Shown piece by piece: positions 8,592 to 20,159 of a stretch of 64,000 nt of DNA (positions within the stretch are counted from its first letter, which is position 1; each line of letters starts with the position of its first letter). The position numbers and the translations under genes were made by a program. The stretch comes from Candidatus Gallacutalibacter stercoravium. Its GTDB lineage: Bacteria > Bacillota > Clostridia > Oscillospirales > Acutalibacteraceae. Below the pieces are notes generated by a model. It searched no databases. It was not told the DNA's origin and saw nothing but the letters and a program-made list of their open reading frames with translations. The stretch covers positions 20,426-84,425 of the forward strand of contig DVJE01000040.1 in the NCBI GenBank assembly GCA_018716975.1. The letters run 5' to 3'.

Positions 8592-8660
8592 ATTTATTCC
8601 ACCTTTTTACCACTTTACCACCAACCGCCCAGCACAGGCAAGCGCCGGCTGGGCGATTTT

Positions 8661-9443
8661 CTATACCAAATAGCGGGTAACATCTTCCTGGCGCTGAGAT
8701 AGCGCGAACGTTACCTCTGGAAATCTGCGGGCAAGATAGTTGCAAAGGAACGGCAACACCACGCGCTCTGTGGCGTAATGCCCAGCATCCACCACCGTCA
8801 TGCCCGCTTGGGCGGCGGCCAACAGTTCATGATGCTTGATTTCGCCGGTTACAAAGGCGTCTGCGCCCAAGGCAGCGGCTTGCTGAGCAAACTCGCCGCC
8901 GGCGCCGGAGCACAAAGCCACCGTTTGAATCCGGCGTGCACCCGGTACATAACGCACCCCATCGCAACCCAGAGCCTTTTTTACAAGCCCAGCAAACTCC
9001 GCCGCACTGCTGCCGTTTTCACCGGGCAACCGGCCGGCAAGCACCAGCGGCAACCCCTCTTGCAACACCAGCGGTTGCACATGCTGCAACCCCAAGGCTT
9101 GCGCTAGGGCCGTGTTCACCCCTTGTTGGGCCATATCCAGGTTGGTGTGGGCGCACAAAGCGCCAATGCCCGCCTGAGCCAACAAATAAGGAGCGCTATC
9201 GGGTTCCAGCTTGCGCAGGGGGTTAAATATCACCGGGTGATGGCTGACAATCAGCTGACAATCCGTGCGTTGGGCCTCATTGACCACAGCGGGGGTGATA
9301 TCTAGGCTGATCAGAACACGGCGCACTTGGGTATCTTTGCTGCCCACCAACAACCCCACATTATCGTAAGACAGGGCCGTAGAAAAGGGCGCCAATGCGT
9401 CTATACAATCATATATCATCGAAACTGTAACCATTTTATCCAT
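8661..9443 (-). CDS. Nif3-like dinuclear metal centre protein (YqfO family)
   Basis: Contains SHHPVIFNPLRKL and the C-terminal GHYATE motif. It follows trmK as in Bacillus yqfN-yqfO. Confidence 0.85.
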   Translation of the reverse strand: MDKMVTVSMIYDCIDALAPFSTALSYDNVGLLVGSKDTQVRRVLISLDITPAVVNEAQRTDCQLIVSHHPVIFNPLRKLEPDSAPYLLAQAGIGALCAHTNLDMAQQGVNTALAQALGLQHVQPLVLQEGLPLVLAGRLPGENGSSAAEFAGLVKKALGCDGVRYVPGARRIQTVALCSGAGGEFAQQAAALGADAFVTGEIKHHELLAAAQAGMTVVDAGHYATERVVLPFLCNYLARRFPEVTFALSQRQEDVTRYLV

Positions 9444-10155
9444 TTATCCCTTCTTGTTCGGGCAGCATAGCCCTAAGCCGTTCCACAACAGCCAGCAAGT
9501 ATTCCGCCTCGGTTTGATTTTCCTGCACAATCAGACCGCGGCGCCGGTTTTCTAAATCCCGGATCACCTTGCGGATATAGCATGCCCCGGCGGATTCATC
9601 CTGCTGCGGCGTATCGCCCAGCAGCCCAATGTATGGGTAAAGAGGATCCTGCTGCCGCGGCGCGCCGTGATATCGGGCGCACATCACGGTATATGGCTTG
9701 CCGTCGGCGCAAACCGCCTGCTCCTGCAGCAGGGCATAGCCTGCGCCGCAAAGAAAGCGGCGCAACTGTTCCGCCGCCGTCATGGGCTGCAAAATCAGCA
9801 GTTTGTCTTCTTTCACCCATGGCGCCCGCTGCAAAATACGGGCGATAAGCTCCCCACCCATGCCGGCTATGGCGATCACGTCTGCCTCCTCAGGGGCCAC
9901 GGCATCCAATCCATCCGACAGCCTGCACTCTATCTTGTCTTCCACCTGATAGCGCCTAACATTCTGTTTGGCCCTTTCCAGCGGACCGGGCCGCAAATCA
10001 CAGGCCAAGGCTTGTTCAATTTTTTGCGACCGAACCAGCCAAACCGGCAAATAGGCGTGATCGGTGCCAATATCTGCCAGCTTTGCCCCCGGCGGCACCA
10101 TACCCGCGCATGCCTTCAAACGGTTATCCAGCGTAAATAATGGCCTGATGCTCAC
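9436..10155 (-). CDS. trmK: tRNA (adenine22-N1)-methyltransferase TrmK
   Basis: Motifs LADIGTDHAYLPVWLV and IAGMGGELI. It overlaps nif3 by 8 nt. Confidence 0.85.
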   Translation of the reverse strand: MSIRPLFTLDNRLKACAGMVPPGAKLADIGTDHAYLPVWLVRSQKIEQALACDLRPGPLERAKQNVRRYQVEDKIECRLSDGLDAVAPEEADVIAIAGMGGELIARILQRAPWVKEDKLLILQPMTAAEQLRRFLCGAGYALLQEQAVCADGKPYTVMCARYHGAPRQQDPLYPYIGLLGDTPQQDESAGACYIRKVIRDLENRRRGLIVQENQTEAEYLLAVVERLRAMLPEQEGING

Positions 10156-11405
10156 TTGCTTCCCTCATTTATCATTTTCATTGACTTGTGATTCAGCCAC
10201 ATGGTGCCGAACTGGGTTAACGTTAAAATAACCAAAGAAATGGTTTGCCATACCCGAGAACCGTCCGACCACATATTGATAAGCACAATCAGCAAAATAC
10301 CCGCACAGCGGCCCACGGCAAAAAAGCATTCCCGAACGGCAAACAGCTCCGGCGCGCATTCGTTGCCTTCCGGCCGGGCCTGCACCACCGCGTAAAACAC
10401 ACAGTTGGCCGAATTGACAATAAAGCCGGAGAACAAAGCGTTGAGCACCGTAAGCAGAATAACGGTAAAGGGGTTGGTGAAAAACACCAAGAGGATCCCC
10501 GCTAGGGTGAGCACCACAATCGCCAGCGCCATATACTTCACCCGGTTCTGGGGACGCATAATGCGGCTCATCACCACAAAAATAACAATAGATGCCACAC
10601 CGGACAAAAAGGTGTTAAAGCCTATGAGCATCTCGCTGCTGACAATTTCATACAAAATAACCGTTAAAATAAAGGCAAACGCACCCTCGCGCAGCCCTTT
10701 CATGGTTTCGCCCAGCATGCCGCACATCCAATATTTTTGGGTAAACACCATTTTAGCCGCCCGTCCAATTTGAGAAGAGGTTCTTTTAATTTCACATTTG
10801 GGCAAGGTGGTCATGGTAAGGCAAGTGGCAATAGCAATGGCCAGCGCCAGGCCAAACACTGAAATATAGCCCCAATTGCCGGGAATCATGCTGATGCAAA
10901 AGCCCGAAATAAGCGGCACAAGCAGCGTTACCACCGCGCCGGAGATACTGATGATGGCAATGGCGCTATCGCGGTTGCCGTTGGTGGTGCTGGCGGTAAG
11001 CAGGTTGCTGTAGCTCATCCAATAAAAGCCGCCCGCTACGCCGTTGAGAATCCCCAGCACGTAAAAATATTCCGCCGCCCGGTTGTTCAGCAAGATCAAG
11101 GCGAGGTACAACAGATTAAACCCGATTATCCCTATCGCCGCCACCGTGTTGGAGCTGAGCTTGCGGGAGATACCGGAAGAAAATAACATGGTAAGCGCCA
11201 TAGAAGCGTACATCAAGCAATTGAAATACAGCACGATGTTAACATCGTCTGATTGACTCATCAAAAAGGTGTTGATAAATACCCCCGGCAAAGAGGTAAA
11301 AATCAAATACAAAGTATGTACCCGCAAAAATTTGTAAAACGGGCTGCCCAGCGTGTAACCGCCAACTGCATCCTTTAGCCGCACAATTAGATGCAAATTT
11401 TTCAT
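10152..11405 (-). CDS. MFS-type transporter (about 12 TM)
   Basis: 417-aa polytopic hydrophobic protein. Its TGA overlaps the trmK ATG (ATGA). Confidence 0.6.
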   Translation of the reverse strand: MKNLHLIVRLKDAVGGYTLGSPFYKFLRVHTLYLIFTSLPGVFINTFLMSQSDDVNIVLYFNCLMYASMALTMLFSSGISRKLSSNTVAAIGIIGFNLLYLALILLNNRAAEYFYVLGILNGVAGGFYWMSYSNLLTASTTNGNRDSAIAIISISGAVVTLLVPLISGFCISMIPGNWGYISVFGLALAIAIATCLTMTTLPKCEIKRTSSQIGRAAKMVFTQKYWMCGMLGETMKGLREGAFAFILTVILYEIVSSEMLIGFNTFLSGVASIVIFVVMSRIMRPQNRVKYMALAIVVLTLAGILLVFFTNPFTVILLTVLNALFSGFIVNSANCVFYAVVQARPEGNECAPELFAVRECFFAVGRCAGILLIVLINMWSDGSRVWQTISLVILTLTQFGTMWLNHKSMKMINEGSK

Positions 11406-11551
11406 GGGTAGGCTCCTTTCATATCAGCTAGTAGCGGATGAAAAAGAAGGATAAGCCCCTCCAGCTTCCCCTTCACAAGGCGGGGGCTGCAACATTTCTT
11501 GTTGTCGCAGCCCCCGTTCATTCATTTTACAGCAGTAGAGCAGTCGCCCGC

Positions 11552-11758
11552 TTACGCTTTTTTGCTCAAATGCTCGTTGAGCTTGGCGACCAACTCGTCG
11601 GGGTTCACCCCGTGCACCATGCAGGCCTCTTCCACCGATTCCCCACGAGAAGCGGGGCAGCCCAAGCAATGCATCCCCATTTCTAAGAAATAAGGCGCGG
11701 TCGATCTATCAAAATCAAGAATATCGCCAATCACGGTTTGTCTGGTAATCGTCATCAT
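11552..11758 (-). CDS. DUF1858 / hybrid-cluster-protein-associated redox disulfide domain protein
   Basis: MMTITRQTVIGDILDFDRSTAPYFLEMGMHCLGCPASRGESVEEA. GGAGG lies upstream of the ATG at 11758; the track ORF is extended to 11893. Confidence 0.75.
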   Translation of the reverse strand: MMTITRQTVIGDILDFDRSTAPYFLEMGMHCLGCPASRGESVEEACMVHGVNPDELVAKLNEHLSKKA

Positions 11759-11795
11759 TTTAACCTCCTGTTCTTCCCTTATTCGGGTTATCCCT

Positions 11796-11824
11796 ATTAT
11801 AATCCCCGGCGCAGACGTTTGCAA
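11796..11824 (-). promoter_or_regulatory. Sigma-A type promoter TTGCAA-N17-TATAAT
   Basis: Read on the minus strand, about 35 nt upstream of the DUF1858 start. Confidence 0.55.
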
Positions 11825-11994
11825 TACATTTTTTATCGATTGGAGGGGGTAAGCGCTTTGCCGTGTTTTTTCTCCTTTACCGGCGGCACACATTCGGTAC
11901 TCGCTTGCATAATTGGATACTTTTTTTAGAAATCCCTGGTATTATAAACCGCTCTGTGCTAAAATAGCGCAAACGAAAAGAGGGGTGATGAATT

Positions 11995-12666
11995 GTGGTT
12001 TCTCCTTGCCGGGATTGGCAGGCGTTTTCTCAAGCGGGGCTTGCAGAGGATTACAAAACGGTTGGTAATTACAACCTTTTTATGGCATGTGAAGCGCCGG
12101 TGCCCAGCGCTTTTCGCACGTTGCCAAAGGGCTACTCCTTTCGGCTGTGCCGGCGCGATGAATTAGAAGTTTGGAAGCGCATTGTTGCCGAAGAGCAATA
12201 TGTGCCCAATATTACCAATTATTACAACAGAGTATATGCGAACCAAGCAGAAGAATTTTTTCGCCGCTGTTTGTTTGTGTGCAACGGTGCAGATAAACCT
12301 GTTGCCAGCTGCTTTATCTGGCGATCTTACGATAAAATCAACACTCTGGCGTGGTTTCGGGTTTTGCCAGAATACGAGGGCCACGGGCTAGGGCGCGCCT
12401 TGTTAACCAGGTTGCTGCAAGGTGCGGAATACCCAGTATATCTGCACACGCAACCCACCTCTGTTTGCGCCATCAAACTGTACACAGATTTTGGATTCGG
12501 GCTGGTTACCAATCCGGTCATCGGGTACCGAAAAAACGATCTGCCCGAAAGTTTGCCCTATCTTCGCCGTGTGATGCATCCGGCGGATTTTGAACGGTTG
12601 CGCTTTGTTCAGGCTGACGAGCAATTGCACCAAGCAGCGCTTAGCTCGCAAACCGATGCGTTTTAA
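11995..12666 (+). CDS. GNAT family N-acetyltransferase
   Basis: WFRVLPEYEGHGLGRALLTRLL acetyl-CoA binding motif. GTG start preceded by AGAGGGG. Confidence 0.7.
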   Translation: MVSPCRDWQAFSQAGLAEDYKTVGNYNLFMACEAPVPSAFRTLPKGYSFRLCRRDELEVWKRIVAEEQYVPNITNYYNRVYANQAEEFFRRCLFVCNGADKPVASCFIWRSYDKINTLAWFRVLPEYEGHGLGRALLTRLLQGAEYPVYLHTQPTSVCAIKLYTDFGFGLVTNPVIGYRKNDLPESLPYLRRVMHPADFERLRFVQADEQLHQAALSSQTDAF

Positions 12667-12887
12667 TTTTGCCTGCGCCCGGATCGATTGGATGGAAAAC
12701 ACGCTTAGTACCTCGCCGTAGTAGATAAATATTTGAGCGCGTGCGCTGTGGGCGTGCAGCAGAAAATTGTTTTGAGAGGCACTGGCGAATAAAGAGCGAT
12801 AACCCAGCACAGAGGAGAGTGTGAACAACCAAAGAATAGCTGTTTATATTATAGCAACCCAAAGGAAGAAATAATTAGGAGGTCAAA

Positions 12888-14735
12888 ATGATGCTGACAA
12901 CTTACCAGGATACCGTAAAACTGTCTGGTTTACCGGCGCGCCGCAGGGATCTGGACCGGGCATATCTAAAATCCCTTACCAATGAAAATTTGTTGCGGCC
13001 CTTTTACCAGGAAGCGGGGATCAATGCCTTGACCTATTTGCCAAAGTCCATTCACGGAGGGTGGGATTCCCCTTATTCCCAAATTCGCGGAACTGTCTGC
13101 GGCCATTGGTTAAGCGCAGCCGCCATGATTTATCAGGAGTGCGGGGATCTGGAGCTGAAAATAAAAGGGGATGAGATTGTTTCTCAAATCGCTTTGTGCC
13201 AAGAGGAAAACGGCGGGGAATGGTGCTTCCCTATTCCGGAAAAATATCTTTACCGGCTCAAACAGGGCAAACCGATTTGGGCGCCTCATTATGTCTGCCA
13301 TAAGGTGATGATGGGGCTGCTGGATATGTACCGTTATGCTGGAAATGCGCAGGCTCTTTCGGTGGTAGAAAAAGCGGCGGAATGGTTTCTGCGGTATTCG
13401 CAGGACATTGACCCGGATACCATGGCGCGGATGATGAATGAAGAAACCGGCGGGTTGATGGAATTTTGGGCGGATCTTTATTCCATTACCAATAATCCCG
13501 ATCATCTCACCCTGATGAGGCGGTATGAACGGCGGGATCTTTATGAAAGCCTTCTTGGCGGGGAAAATCCCCTGAGTAATATGCACGCCAACGGAACGAT
13601 TCCCGAGATGCACGGAGCGGCAAGGGCTTATGAGGTCACCGGGGAAGAGCGCTACCGCCAAGTGGTGGAGCGGTATTGGCAAATCGCGGTGGAGGAATGC
13701 CTGCCTTTTGTTACAGGCGGGCAGACCAGCGGAGAAATGTGGACCCCGCCCGGACGGCACAGCGCCCGCATTGGGAAGCTGAATCAGGAACACTGCACGG
13801 TTTACAATATGATGCGCCTGGCCGGCTATTTGTTCCGTTGGACGGGGGAAAGCAAATATGCCGATTTTTGGGAAAAGAATTTTTACAACGGCATTTTGGC
13901 GCAGGGCTTTCATGAGGAGTCTGCCCAGGTGCAGATCTGCGAAGCCCCTTACCCGGAAATGGCCAAATATGTTTCCTATTTTCTCCCCTTAGAGGCGGGG
14001 GCGAAAAAGGCTTGGGGAAGCGCCACAGATGATTTTTGGTGCTGCCACTGCACGCTGTTGCAGGCCAACGCTTTTTTGCATCAGAATCTTTATTTTCATC
14101 AAAAGAATACGCTCTATATTCCGCAATATTTAGACGCGGAAGTGCGGTTTGATATAGAAGAAATAAAGGGTTCTCTTGTGCAGCATGAAAGCCGGGAAAA
14201 CAGCCATACATTCCGTATCGCGCACGATAATATGCGCACCCCGGCCCGCCCGGATTATCTTAAGAGGGTATTTGAAGTTTCGGCTTCAGGAGAAAAGAGC
14301 TTTTCTTTGGCTTTTCGCCGTCCGGATTGGTGCGCAGGGGAAATGGAATTTTATATCGATGGAGAAAAGACAGAAGCGGTCTGGGATCAAAAAGGGTTTG
14401 CCCATATTACCAGGAATTGGAACCGGGAGCAAATCATGGTGATTATTCCGAAAAAGATCACCTTCTATCCTTTGGCAGACGATCCGAACACCGGGGCTTT
14501 TCTGGACGGACCCGTAGCGCTGGCGGCCCTGACGGAAGAAGAGAGAACGTTGTATTATCACAACTCGCCCGAAGAAATTCTAATTCCGCGGGATGAGCGC
14601 TGGTGGTGCAGCTGGCGCGGCGAGTGGAAAACCACGGGTCAGCCGGTAAATTTAAAGTTTTTACCCCTGTATGCAATCGGGGATGAAGTATACACCACTT
14701 ATTTCCCGGTGAAACAGCGAAAAGAGAAAGAATAA
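12888..14735 (+). CDS. Glycoside hydrolase family 127-like (DUF1680, beta-L-arabinofuranosidase type)
   Basis: 615 aa. E-x-C (NQEHCTVYN) and CC (FWCCHCT) fit the Cys3-Glu zinc site pattern of GH127. TAGGAGG SD. Confidence 0.75.
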   Translation: MMLTTYQDTVKLSGLPARRRDLDRAYLKSLTNENLLRPFYQEAGINALTYLPKSIHGGWDSPYSQIRGTVCGHWLSAAAMIYQECGDLELKIKGDEIVSQIALCQEENGGEWCFPIPEKYLYRLKQGKPIWAPHYVCHKVMMGLLDMYRYAGNAQALSVVEKAAEWFLRYSQDIDPDTMARMMNEETGGLMEFWADLYSITNNPDHLTLMRRYERRDLYESLLGGENPLSNMHANGTIPEMHGAARAYEVTGEERYRQVVERYWQIAVEECLPFVTGGQTSGEMWTPPGRHSARIGKLNQEHCTVYNMMRLAGYLFRWTGESKYADFWEKNFYNGILAQGFHEESAQVQICEAPYPEMAKYVSYFLPLEAGAKKAWGSATDDFWCCHCTLLQANAFLHQNLYFHQKNTLYIPQYLDAEVRFDIEEIKGSLVQHESRENSHTFRIAHDNMRTPARPDYLKRVFEVSASGEKSFSLAFRRPDWCAGEMEFYIDGEKTEAVWDQKGFAHITRNWNREQIMVIIPKKITFYPLADDPNTGAFLDGPVALAALTEEERTLYYHNSPEEILIPRDERWWCSWRGEWKTTGQPVNLKFLPLYAIGDEVYTTYFPVKQRKEKE

Positions 14736-14750
14736 GAAGCAATTTGAAAA

Positions 14751-14793
14751 AGCACTTGCGGATCGATTTCATGAGAACCGCAAGTGCTTTTTA
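14751..14793 (+). terminator. Terminator of the GH127 gene
   Basis: AGCACTTGCGG...CCGCAAGTGCT hairpin followed by TTTTT. Confidence 0.75.
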
Positions 14794-14856
14794 TAATAAA
14801 GAATATCATCCTAGGGTTTCAAAGCTAGGATGGTGCTTTTAGATGAGTCTGCTTTA

Positions 14857-14892
14857 GAAAAAAGGCAGCCCTTGGCAAAGCCAAGGGCTGCC
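14857..14892 (-). terminator. Terminator of uvrA
   Basis: GGCAGCCCTTGGC-aaa-GCCAAGGGCTGCC hairpin with TTTTTT on the minus strand. Confidence 0.8.
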
Positions 14893-14972
14893 TTATTTGG
14901 CATAAATGAGCAGTTTGCAACTTTTTTGTAATCCGCCATATTTGCCGGGGAAACTTCTTTTGAAAACAGATC

Positions 14973-17792
14973 TTACAGCATCTTTTTTAAATATTGCCCG
15001 GTGTAGGATTCCTCCACCTGTGCCACTTGCTCCGGCGTTCCGGTGGTTACCACATAGCCGCCGCGATCGCCGCCTTCGGGGCCAAGATCGATAATATGGT
15101 CGGCGGTTTTGATGAGATCCAGATTGTGCTCAATAACTACCACGGTGTTGCCGGCATCCACCAGCTTTTGCAGCACATCGATCAAGCGGTGAACGTCGGC
15201 GGTGTGAAGGCCGGTGGTGGGTTCGTCCAACACATAGATGGTTTTGCCGGTGGATCTGCGCGAAAGCTCGGTGGCCAGTTTGACCCGCTGCGCTTCGCCG
15301 CCCGACAGGGTGGTGGAGGACTGGCCGATTTTGATATACCCCAGCCCTACGTCTTGCAGGGTTTGCAGTTTACGCGCAATGCGCGGGATGCTGGAAAAGA
15401 ATTCTACCCCTTCGTCAACCGTCATTTCCAGCACGTCGTAAATGCTCTTATCTTTGTATTTTACCTCTAATGTTTCGCGGTTATAGCGCTTGCCTTTACA
15501 AACCTCGCACGGCACATAGATATCGGGCAAAAAGTGCATTTCAATTTTTATGATGCCGTCGCCTTGGCAGGCCTCACAACGTCCGCCCTTCACGTTAAAG
15601 GAAAAACGCCCGCTGGAAAAACCGCGCATTTTGGCGTCTTGCGTAGAGGCATACAGTTCGCGGATATCGTTGAATACGCCGGTATAGGTGGCCGGGTTGG
15701 AACGGGGGGTGCGGCCGATGGGAGATTGATCGATGTCGATGATCTTATCCAGATGTTCCAATCCTTTTATTTCTTTGTGGGCGCCGGCGCGGCACTTGGC
15801 CCCGTTTAAGGTGGCGGCCAGATGTTTGTACAAAATTTCGTTGATCAAAGAGGATTTTCCCGAACCGGATACGCCGGTAACGCACACCAGCTCCCCCAAG
15901 GGGATATCCACCGTGATATTTTTCAGGTTGTTCTGCTTGGCCCCTACAATCCGCAAGGTTTTGCCGTTGCCTTTGCGCCGGGTTTGCGGCACCTCAATCT
16001 GCTTTTGATGGCTCAAATATTGCCCTGTGATAGATTCCGAACAAGACATCACATCGTTTAGGCTACCGGCACACACCAAATTGCCGCCCTTTACGCCGGC
16101 TCCCGGACCAATATCCACAATATAATCGGCAGCCCGCATGGTGTCTTCGTCGTGCTCCACCACAATCACCGTATTGCCCAGATCTCGCAAATGCTTTAGG
16201 GTGCCCAGCAGCTTGTCGTTATCCCGCTGATGCAGGCCGATACTGGGCTCATCAAGAATATACAGCACCCCCATCAGCGAAGAGCCGATTTGGGTGGCCA
16301 AACGGATGCGCTGGCTCTCGCCGCCGGATAAAGTGCCGGATGCCCGAGATAATGTTAAATATTCCAGCCCTACGCTTTGCAAAAAGCCCAAACGGTTGCG
16401 AATTTCTTTAAGCACAGCGTCGGCTATCATGTGCTCTCGCTGACTAAGCTCCATGTTTTCAATAAAGCTCAGAGCGTCGGCAACCGATTTATCGCAAAGC
16501 TGGCTGATATTGAGCCCGCCCACAGTTACCGAAAGGCTTTCGGCGCTCAGGCGGCGGCCGCCGCATTCATCGCAGGGGATGGCGCTCATAAACGACTCGA
16601 TCTCTTCTTTAATCCAGCTGCTTTGCGTTTCTTGAAAACGCCGCTCTAAGTTATTGACAATGCCCTCAAAGTCGCTGTGAAACACACCGCTGCCGTATTC
16701 GCTTTTGCGTTCTAAGCGTATTTTTTCCCCTTTGGTGCCGTAAAGTAGGATGTCAATAACCTCCGGCGGCAGCTCCCCTACGGGCGTATCCAAAGAAAAG
16801 TGGTAATGCTTGGCCAGGCCCTCAAAATACATGGTGGCAATGGTGCTGCCCTCCATGGCCCAGCCGCTGGCCTTGATTCCGCCTTTGCGGATGGATAATT
16901 TTTTGTCCGGCAGAATTAAGTCGGGATCAATTTTCATAAATACGCCTAAGCCCGCGCACTTTTTGCAGGCGCCGTAAGGATTGTTAAACGAAAACATGCG
17001 TGGGGTCAGTTCTTCTATGCTGACGCCGTGCTCCGGGCAGGCGTAATTTTGCGAAAAGTTAATATCTTCGCCGTCCACTACGCTGATAGTGGTCAGCCCG
17101 CCGGATAGCGACGAAGCGGTTTCAATAGAGTCGGACAAACGCGAGCGCATTTCCGGGCGGATCACCAAGCGATCCACCACCACCTCGATGGTGTGTTTTT
17201 TGTTTTTTTCTAACTTGATAGTTTCAGAGAGATCATAAATAATGCCGTCTACCCGCACGCGCACATAGCCGCCCTTGCGCGCCGCATCGAATTCCTTTTG
17301 GTGTTCGCCCTTGCGCGCGCGCACCACCGGCGCCAACACCAAAATGCGGGATCCTTCGGGCAGCGCCATAACCTGATCCACAATTTGATCAATGGTTTGC
17401 TGTTTAATCTCTTTGCCGCAAATGGGGCAATGAGGGATGCCGATGCGCGCATACAACAGACGAAGATAATCGTAAATTTCAGTAACCGTTCCCACTGTTG
17501 AGCGAGGGTTTTTTGAGGTGGTTTTCTGGTCGATGGAAATAGCGGGCGAAAGGCCTTCAATTAAATCTACATCGGGCTTTTCCATCTGCCCCAAAAATTG
17601 GCGGGCGTAAGAAGAAAGCGATTCTACATACCGCCGTTGCCCTTCGGCATAAATAGTGTCAAACGCCAAAGAAGATTTGCCGGAACCGGATAGCCCGGTG
17701 AATACCACCAACTTGTCCCGCGGGATTTCTACATCAATATTTTTCAGATTGTGCTCCCGGGCGCCTTGTACAATGATTTTTGTGTTAGACAA
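14973..17792 (-). CDS. uvrA: Excinuclease ABC subunit A
   Basis: 939 aa. Starts [55 protein letters not shown], with a second Walker [11 protein letters not shown]. Confidence 0.97.
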   Translation of the reverse strand: MSNTKIIVQGAREHNLKNIDVEIPRDKLVVFTGLSGSGKSSLAFDTIYAEGQRRYVESLSSYARQFLGQMEKPDVDLIEGLSPAISIDQKTTSKNPRSTVGTVTEIYDYLRLLYARIGIPHCPICGKEIKQQTIDQIVDQVMALPEGSRILVLAPVVRARKGEHQKEFDAARKGGYVRVRVDGIIYDLSETIKLEKNKKHTIEVVVDRLVIRPEMRSRLSDSIETASSLSGGLTTISVVDGEDINFSQNYACPEHGVSIEELTPRMFSFNNPYGACKKCAGLGVFMKIDPDLILPDKKLSIRKGGIKASGWAMEGSTIATMYFEGLAKHYHFSLDTPVGELPPEVIDILLYGTKGEKIRLERKSEYGSGVFHSDFEGIVNNLERRFQETQSSWIKEEIESFMSAIPCDECGGRRLSAESLSVTVGGLNISQLCDKSVADALSFIENMELSQREHMIADAVLKEIRNRLGFLQSVGLEYLTLSRASGTLSGGESQRIRLATQIGSSLMGVLYILDEPSIGLHQRDNDKLLGTLKHLRDLGNTVIVVEHDEDTMRAADYIVDIGPGAGVKGGNLVCAGSLNDVMSCSESITGQYLSHQKQIEVPQTRRKGNGKTLRIVGAKQNNLKNITVDIPLGELVCVTGVSGSGKSSLINEILYKHLAATLNGAKCRAGAHKEIKGLEHLDKIIDIDQSPIGRTPRSNPATYTGVFNDIRELYASTQDAKMRGFSSGRFSFNVKGGRCEACQGDGIIKIEMHFLPDIYVPCEVCKGKRYNRETLEVKYKDKSIYDVLEMTVDEGVEFFSSIPRIARKLQTLQDVGLGYIKIGQSSTTLSGGEAQRVKLATELSRRSTGKTIYVLDEPTTGLHTADVHRLIDVLQKLVDAGNTVVVIEHNLDLIKTADHIIDLGPEGGDRGGYVVTTGTPEQVAQVEESYTGQYLKKML

Positions 17793-17827
17793 AATAAATC
17801 CCCCGTTTCCCGTTGGGCTTTACAAAA

Positions 17828-19804
17828 TTAATTTTTTCCACCCTGTAGCTGCTTGATTTTATCCCGCAGGAACGCCGCGTGTTCAAACTCCAGCAGCTTA
17901 GCCGCCGCCTTCATTTCTTTGGTCAGCTGTTCGATCATCTGCTGGCGCTGCGCGCGGGTTAGCTTCTTAGCCGGTTGCTTCTTGTCGTCGTTCTCGTGGG
18001 TGGAAATCTCTAGAATATCAGAAACCTTTTTCACAATGGTTTGAGGCGTAATGCCGTGTTCTTCATTATAGCGCATTTGGATGGAGCGGCGGCGGGCTGT
18101 TTCTCGCAGGGCGCTCTCCATAGAGGGCGTCACCTGGTCGGCGTACATAATAACCTGCCCCTCCGCGTTGCGCGCCGCGCGGCCGATGGTTTGAATCAGC
18201 GAACGGTCAGAGCGCAAAAACCCTTCTTTATCGGCATCCAGAATTGCAACCAAGGCAACTTCAGGAATATCCAGGCCTTCGCGCAGCAGGTTAATGCCCA
18301 CCAACACGTCAAACTCACCCAAGCGCAGGTCGCGCAAAATTTCCATGCGCTCTACTGTGTCGATATCGTGGTGCATATACCGCACCCGCACCCCCATGCC
18401 TTCCATGTAAGAGGTCAAATCTTCGGCCATCTTTTTGGTCAGGGTGGTAACAAGCACGCGAAACCCTTTTGCAACCCGCAGGTTAATTTCTGAAAGAAGG
18501 TCGTCAATTTGCCCCTCGGTGGGCTTAACAATCACTTCAGGATCCAACAATCCGGTGGGACGGATCACCTGTTCCACAATTTGGGTGCTTTTTTCTTTTT
18601 CCATATCGCCCGGTGTGGCAGATACGAAAATTGCTTGGTTGATCCGTTCATAAAATTCGTCGAAATTCAAAGGCCGGTTGTCAAAAGCCGAGGGCAAACG
18701 AAAACCATATTCCACCAAAGTTTCTTTGCGCGCCCGGTCGCCGGCGTACATCCCCCGCACCTGGGGAAGTGTAACGTGAGATTCATCCACGAACAAAATG
18801 TAATCTTTGGGGAAGTAATCCAACAGGGTAAAGGGGGAACTGCCCGGCGCCCTGCCCGAAAGCACACGGGAATAATTTTCAATCCCTTTGCAAAAGCCGA
18901 TTTCTTGCAGCATTTCAATATCGTAACGGGTGCGCTGTTCAATGCGCTGAGCCTCCAGCAGTTTGCCCTCCTGACGGAACTGTTGCAGCCTCTGCTCCAG
19001 CTCCCGTTCAATTTCTGCAATGGCCAGGTTCATTTTTTCTTTTGGAACAATATAATGGGAGGCAGGATAGATGGCCACATGTTTCAGCTGGGCTTTTACT
19101 TCGCCTGTAACCACATTGATCTCGCTGATGCGATCCACTTCATCGCCAAAAAACTCCACGCGAATGGCTGTATCGGTGGAGGTAACCGGGTAAATTTCCA
19201 CTACGTCGCCGCGCACCCGGAATTTATTGCGCACAAAGTTGACGTCGTTGCGTTCATATTGTAGTTCTACCAGCTTTTTGAGCAGCTCATCGCGGTTTTT
19301 CTGCATACCGGGGCGTAAAGATATCACCATGGTGTGGTAATCGATAGGGTTGCCCAAGCTGTAGATACACGAAACGCTGGCCACAATGATAACATCCCGC
19401 CGCTCAGAAAGGGCGGCCGTGGCCGAGTGGCGCAGCTTTTCTATTTCGTCGTTGATGGAAGAATCCTTTTCAATGTAGGTGTCGGTCGAAGCAATATAGG
19501 CTTCCGGCTGATAATAATCGTAGTAGGACACAAAGTATTCCACCGCGTTTTCGGGAAAAAATTCCCGGAATTCTGCGCATAGCTGGGCGGCTAAGGTTTT
19601 ATTGTGGGCCAACACCAGCGTGGGGCGGTTTAACCGGGCGATTACATTGGCCATGGTGAAAGTTTTACCTGAACCTGTTACGCCCAAAAGGGTTTGCTCC
19701 CGATCGCCCCGTTGAATCCCTTCTACCAATTTGTCAATGGCTTGGGGCTGATCTCCGGTTGGTTGATAGGAAGAAACCAGCTTAAATTGATTTTGTTCAT
19801 TCAT
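17828..19804 (-). CDS. uvrB: Excinuclease ABC subunit B
   Basis: [17 protein letters not shown]...[15 protein letters not shown] at 19804 (track GTG at 19810). Separated by 35 nt from uvrA. Confidence 0.97.
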   Translation of the reverse strand: MNEQNQFKLVSSYQPTGDQPQAIDKLVEGIQRGDREQTLLGVTGSGKTFTMANVIARLNRPTLVLAHNKTLAAQLCAEFREFFPENAVEYFVSYYDYYQPEAYIASTDTYIEKDSSINDEIEKLRHSATAALSERRDVIIVASVSCIYSLGNPIDYHTMVISLRPGMQKNRDELLKKLVELQYERNDVNFVRNKFRVRGDVVEIYPVTSTDTAIRVEFFGDEVDRISEINVVTGEVKAQLKHVAIYPASHYIVPKEKMNLAIAEIERELEQRLQQFRQEGKLLEAQRIEQRTRYDIEMLQEIGFCKGIENYSRVLSGRAPGSSPFTLLDYFPKDYILFVDESHVTLPQVRGMYAGDRARKETLVEYGFRLPSAFDNRPLNFDEFYERINQAIFVSATPGDMEKEKSTQIVEQVIRPTGLLDPEVIVKPTEGQIDDLLSEINLRVAKGFRVLVTTLTKKMAEDLTSYMEGMGVRVRYMHHDIDTVERMEILRDLRLGEFDVLVGINLLREGLDIPEVALVAILDADKEGFLRSDRSLIQTIGRAARNAEGQVIMYADQVTPSMESALRETARRRSIQMRYNEEHGITPQTIVKKVSDILEISTHENDDKKQPAKKLTRAQRQQMIEQLTKEMKAAAKLLEFEHAAFLRDKIKQLQGGKN

Positions 19805-19867
19805 AAGCACTGCCTGCCCTTTCCGTAGAGGCTTCTTTCAAAGCAGTAAAAATCACGACACAATAAC

Positions 19868-19879
19868 AAACAAATGTTC
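19868..19879 (-). promoter_or_regulatory. Putative LexA box GAACATTTGTTT (one mismatch to GAAC-N4-GTTC)
   Basis: Lies 6 nt downstream of the uvrB -10 hexamer on the minus strand. Confidence 0.5.
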
Positions 19880-19885
19880 CAGCAT

Positions 19886-19914
19886 ATTCTACAATGTTTT
19901 TTTTCAAAAGTCAA
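19886..19914 (-). promoter_or_regulatory. uvrBA promoter TTGACT-N17-TAGAAT
   Basis: Read on the minus strand, about 80 nt upstream of the uvrB ATG. Confidence 0.6.
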
Positions 19915-20159
19915 CACAACACCGGCGCCATTTTGTGTTCTGTAAAGATTTTTACCGCAAATGTGTAATTTAACCGATAAAGTATTTGACTTGATATCTT
20001 CGGTTATTGTATAAAAAGAGATGCGTTTTTTGTAGCAAGAGGAAAAAACAGCCCGCAAAGCAAAATTTACACATTGTTAATTGATGTTTTGGCAAAGTAT
20101 AGTAGAATAAAATGCGCAATTGTATATTGGGCCGGTGGGCCGTTGAAGGATGGTTTTTT

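Noticed and set aside
12403-12828. 141-aa minus-strand ORF spanning the GNAT 3' end and the spacer
   Set aside because: It has no SD, overlaps a supported gene, and has no recognisable motif.
13110-13913. 267-aa minus-strand ORF, plus 13711-14211 and 14286-14561
   Set aside because: These are antisense shadows of the GH127 gene.
18509-19264. 251-aa plus-strand ORF
   Set aside because: It is antisense to uvrB.
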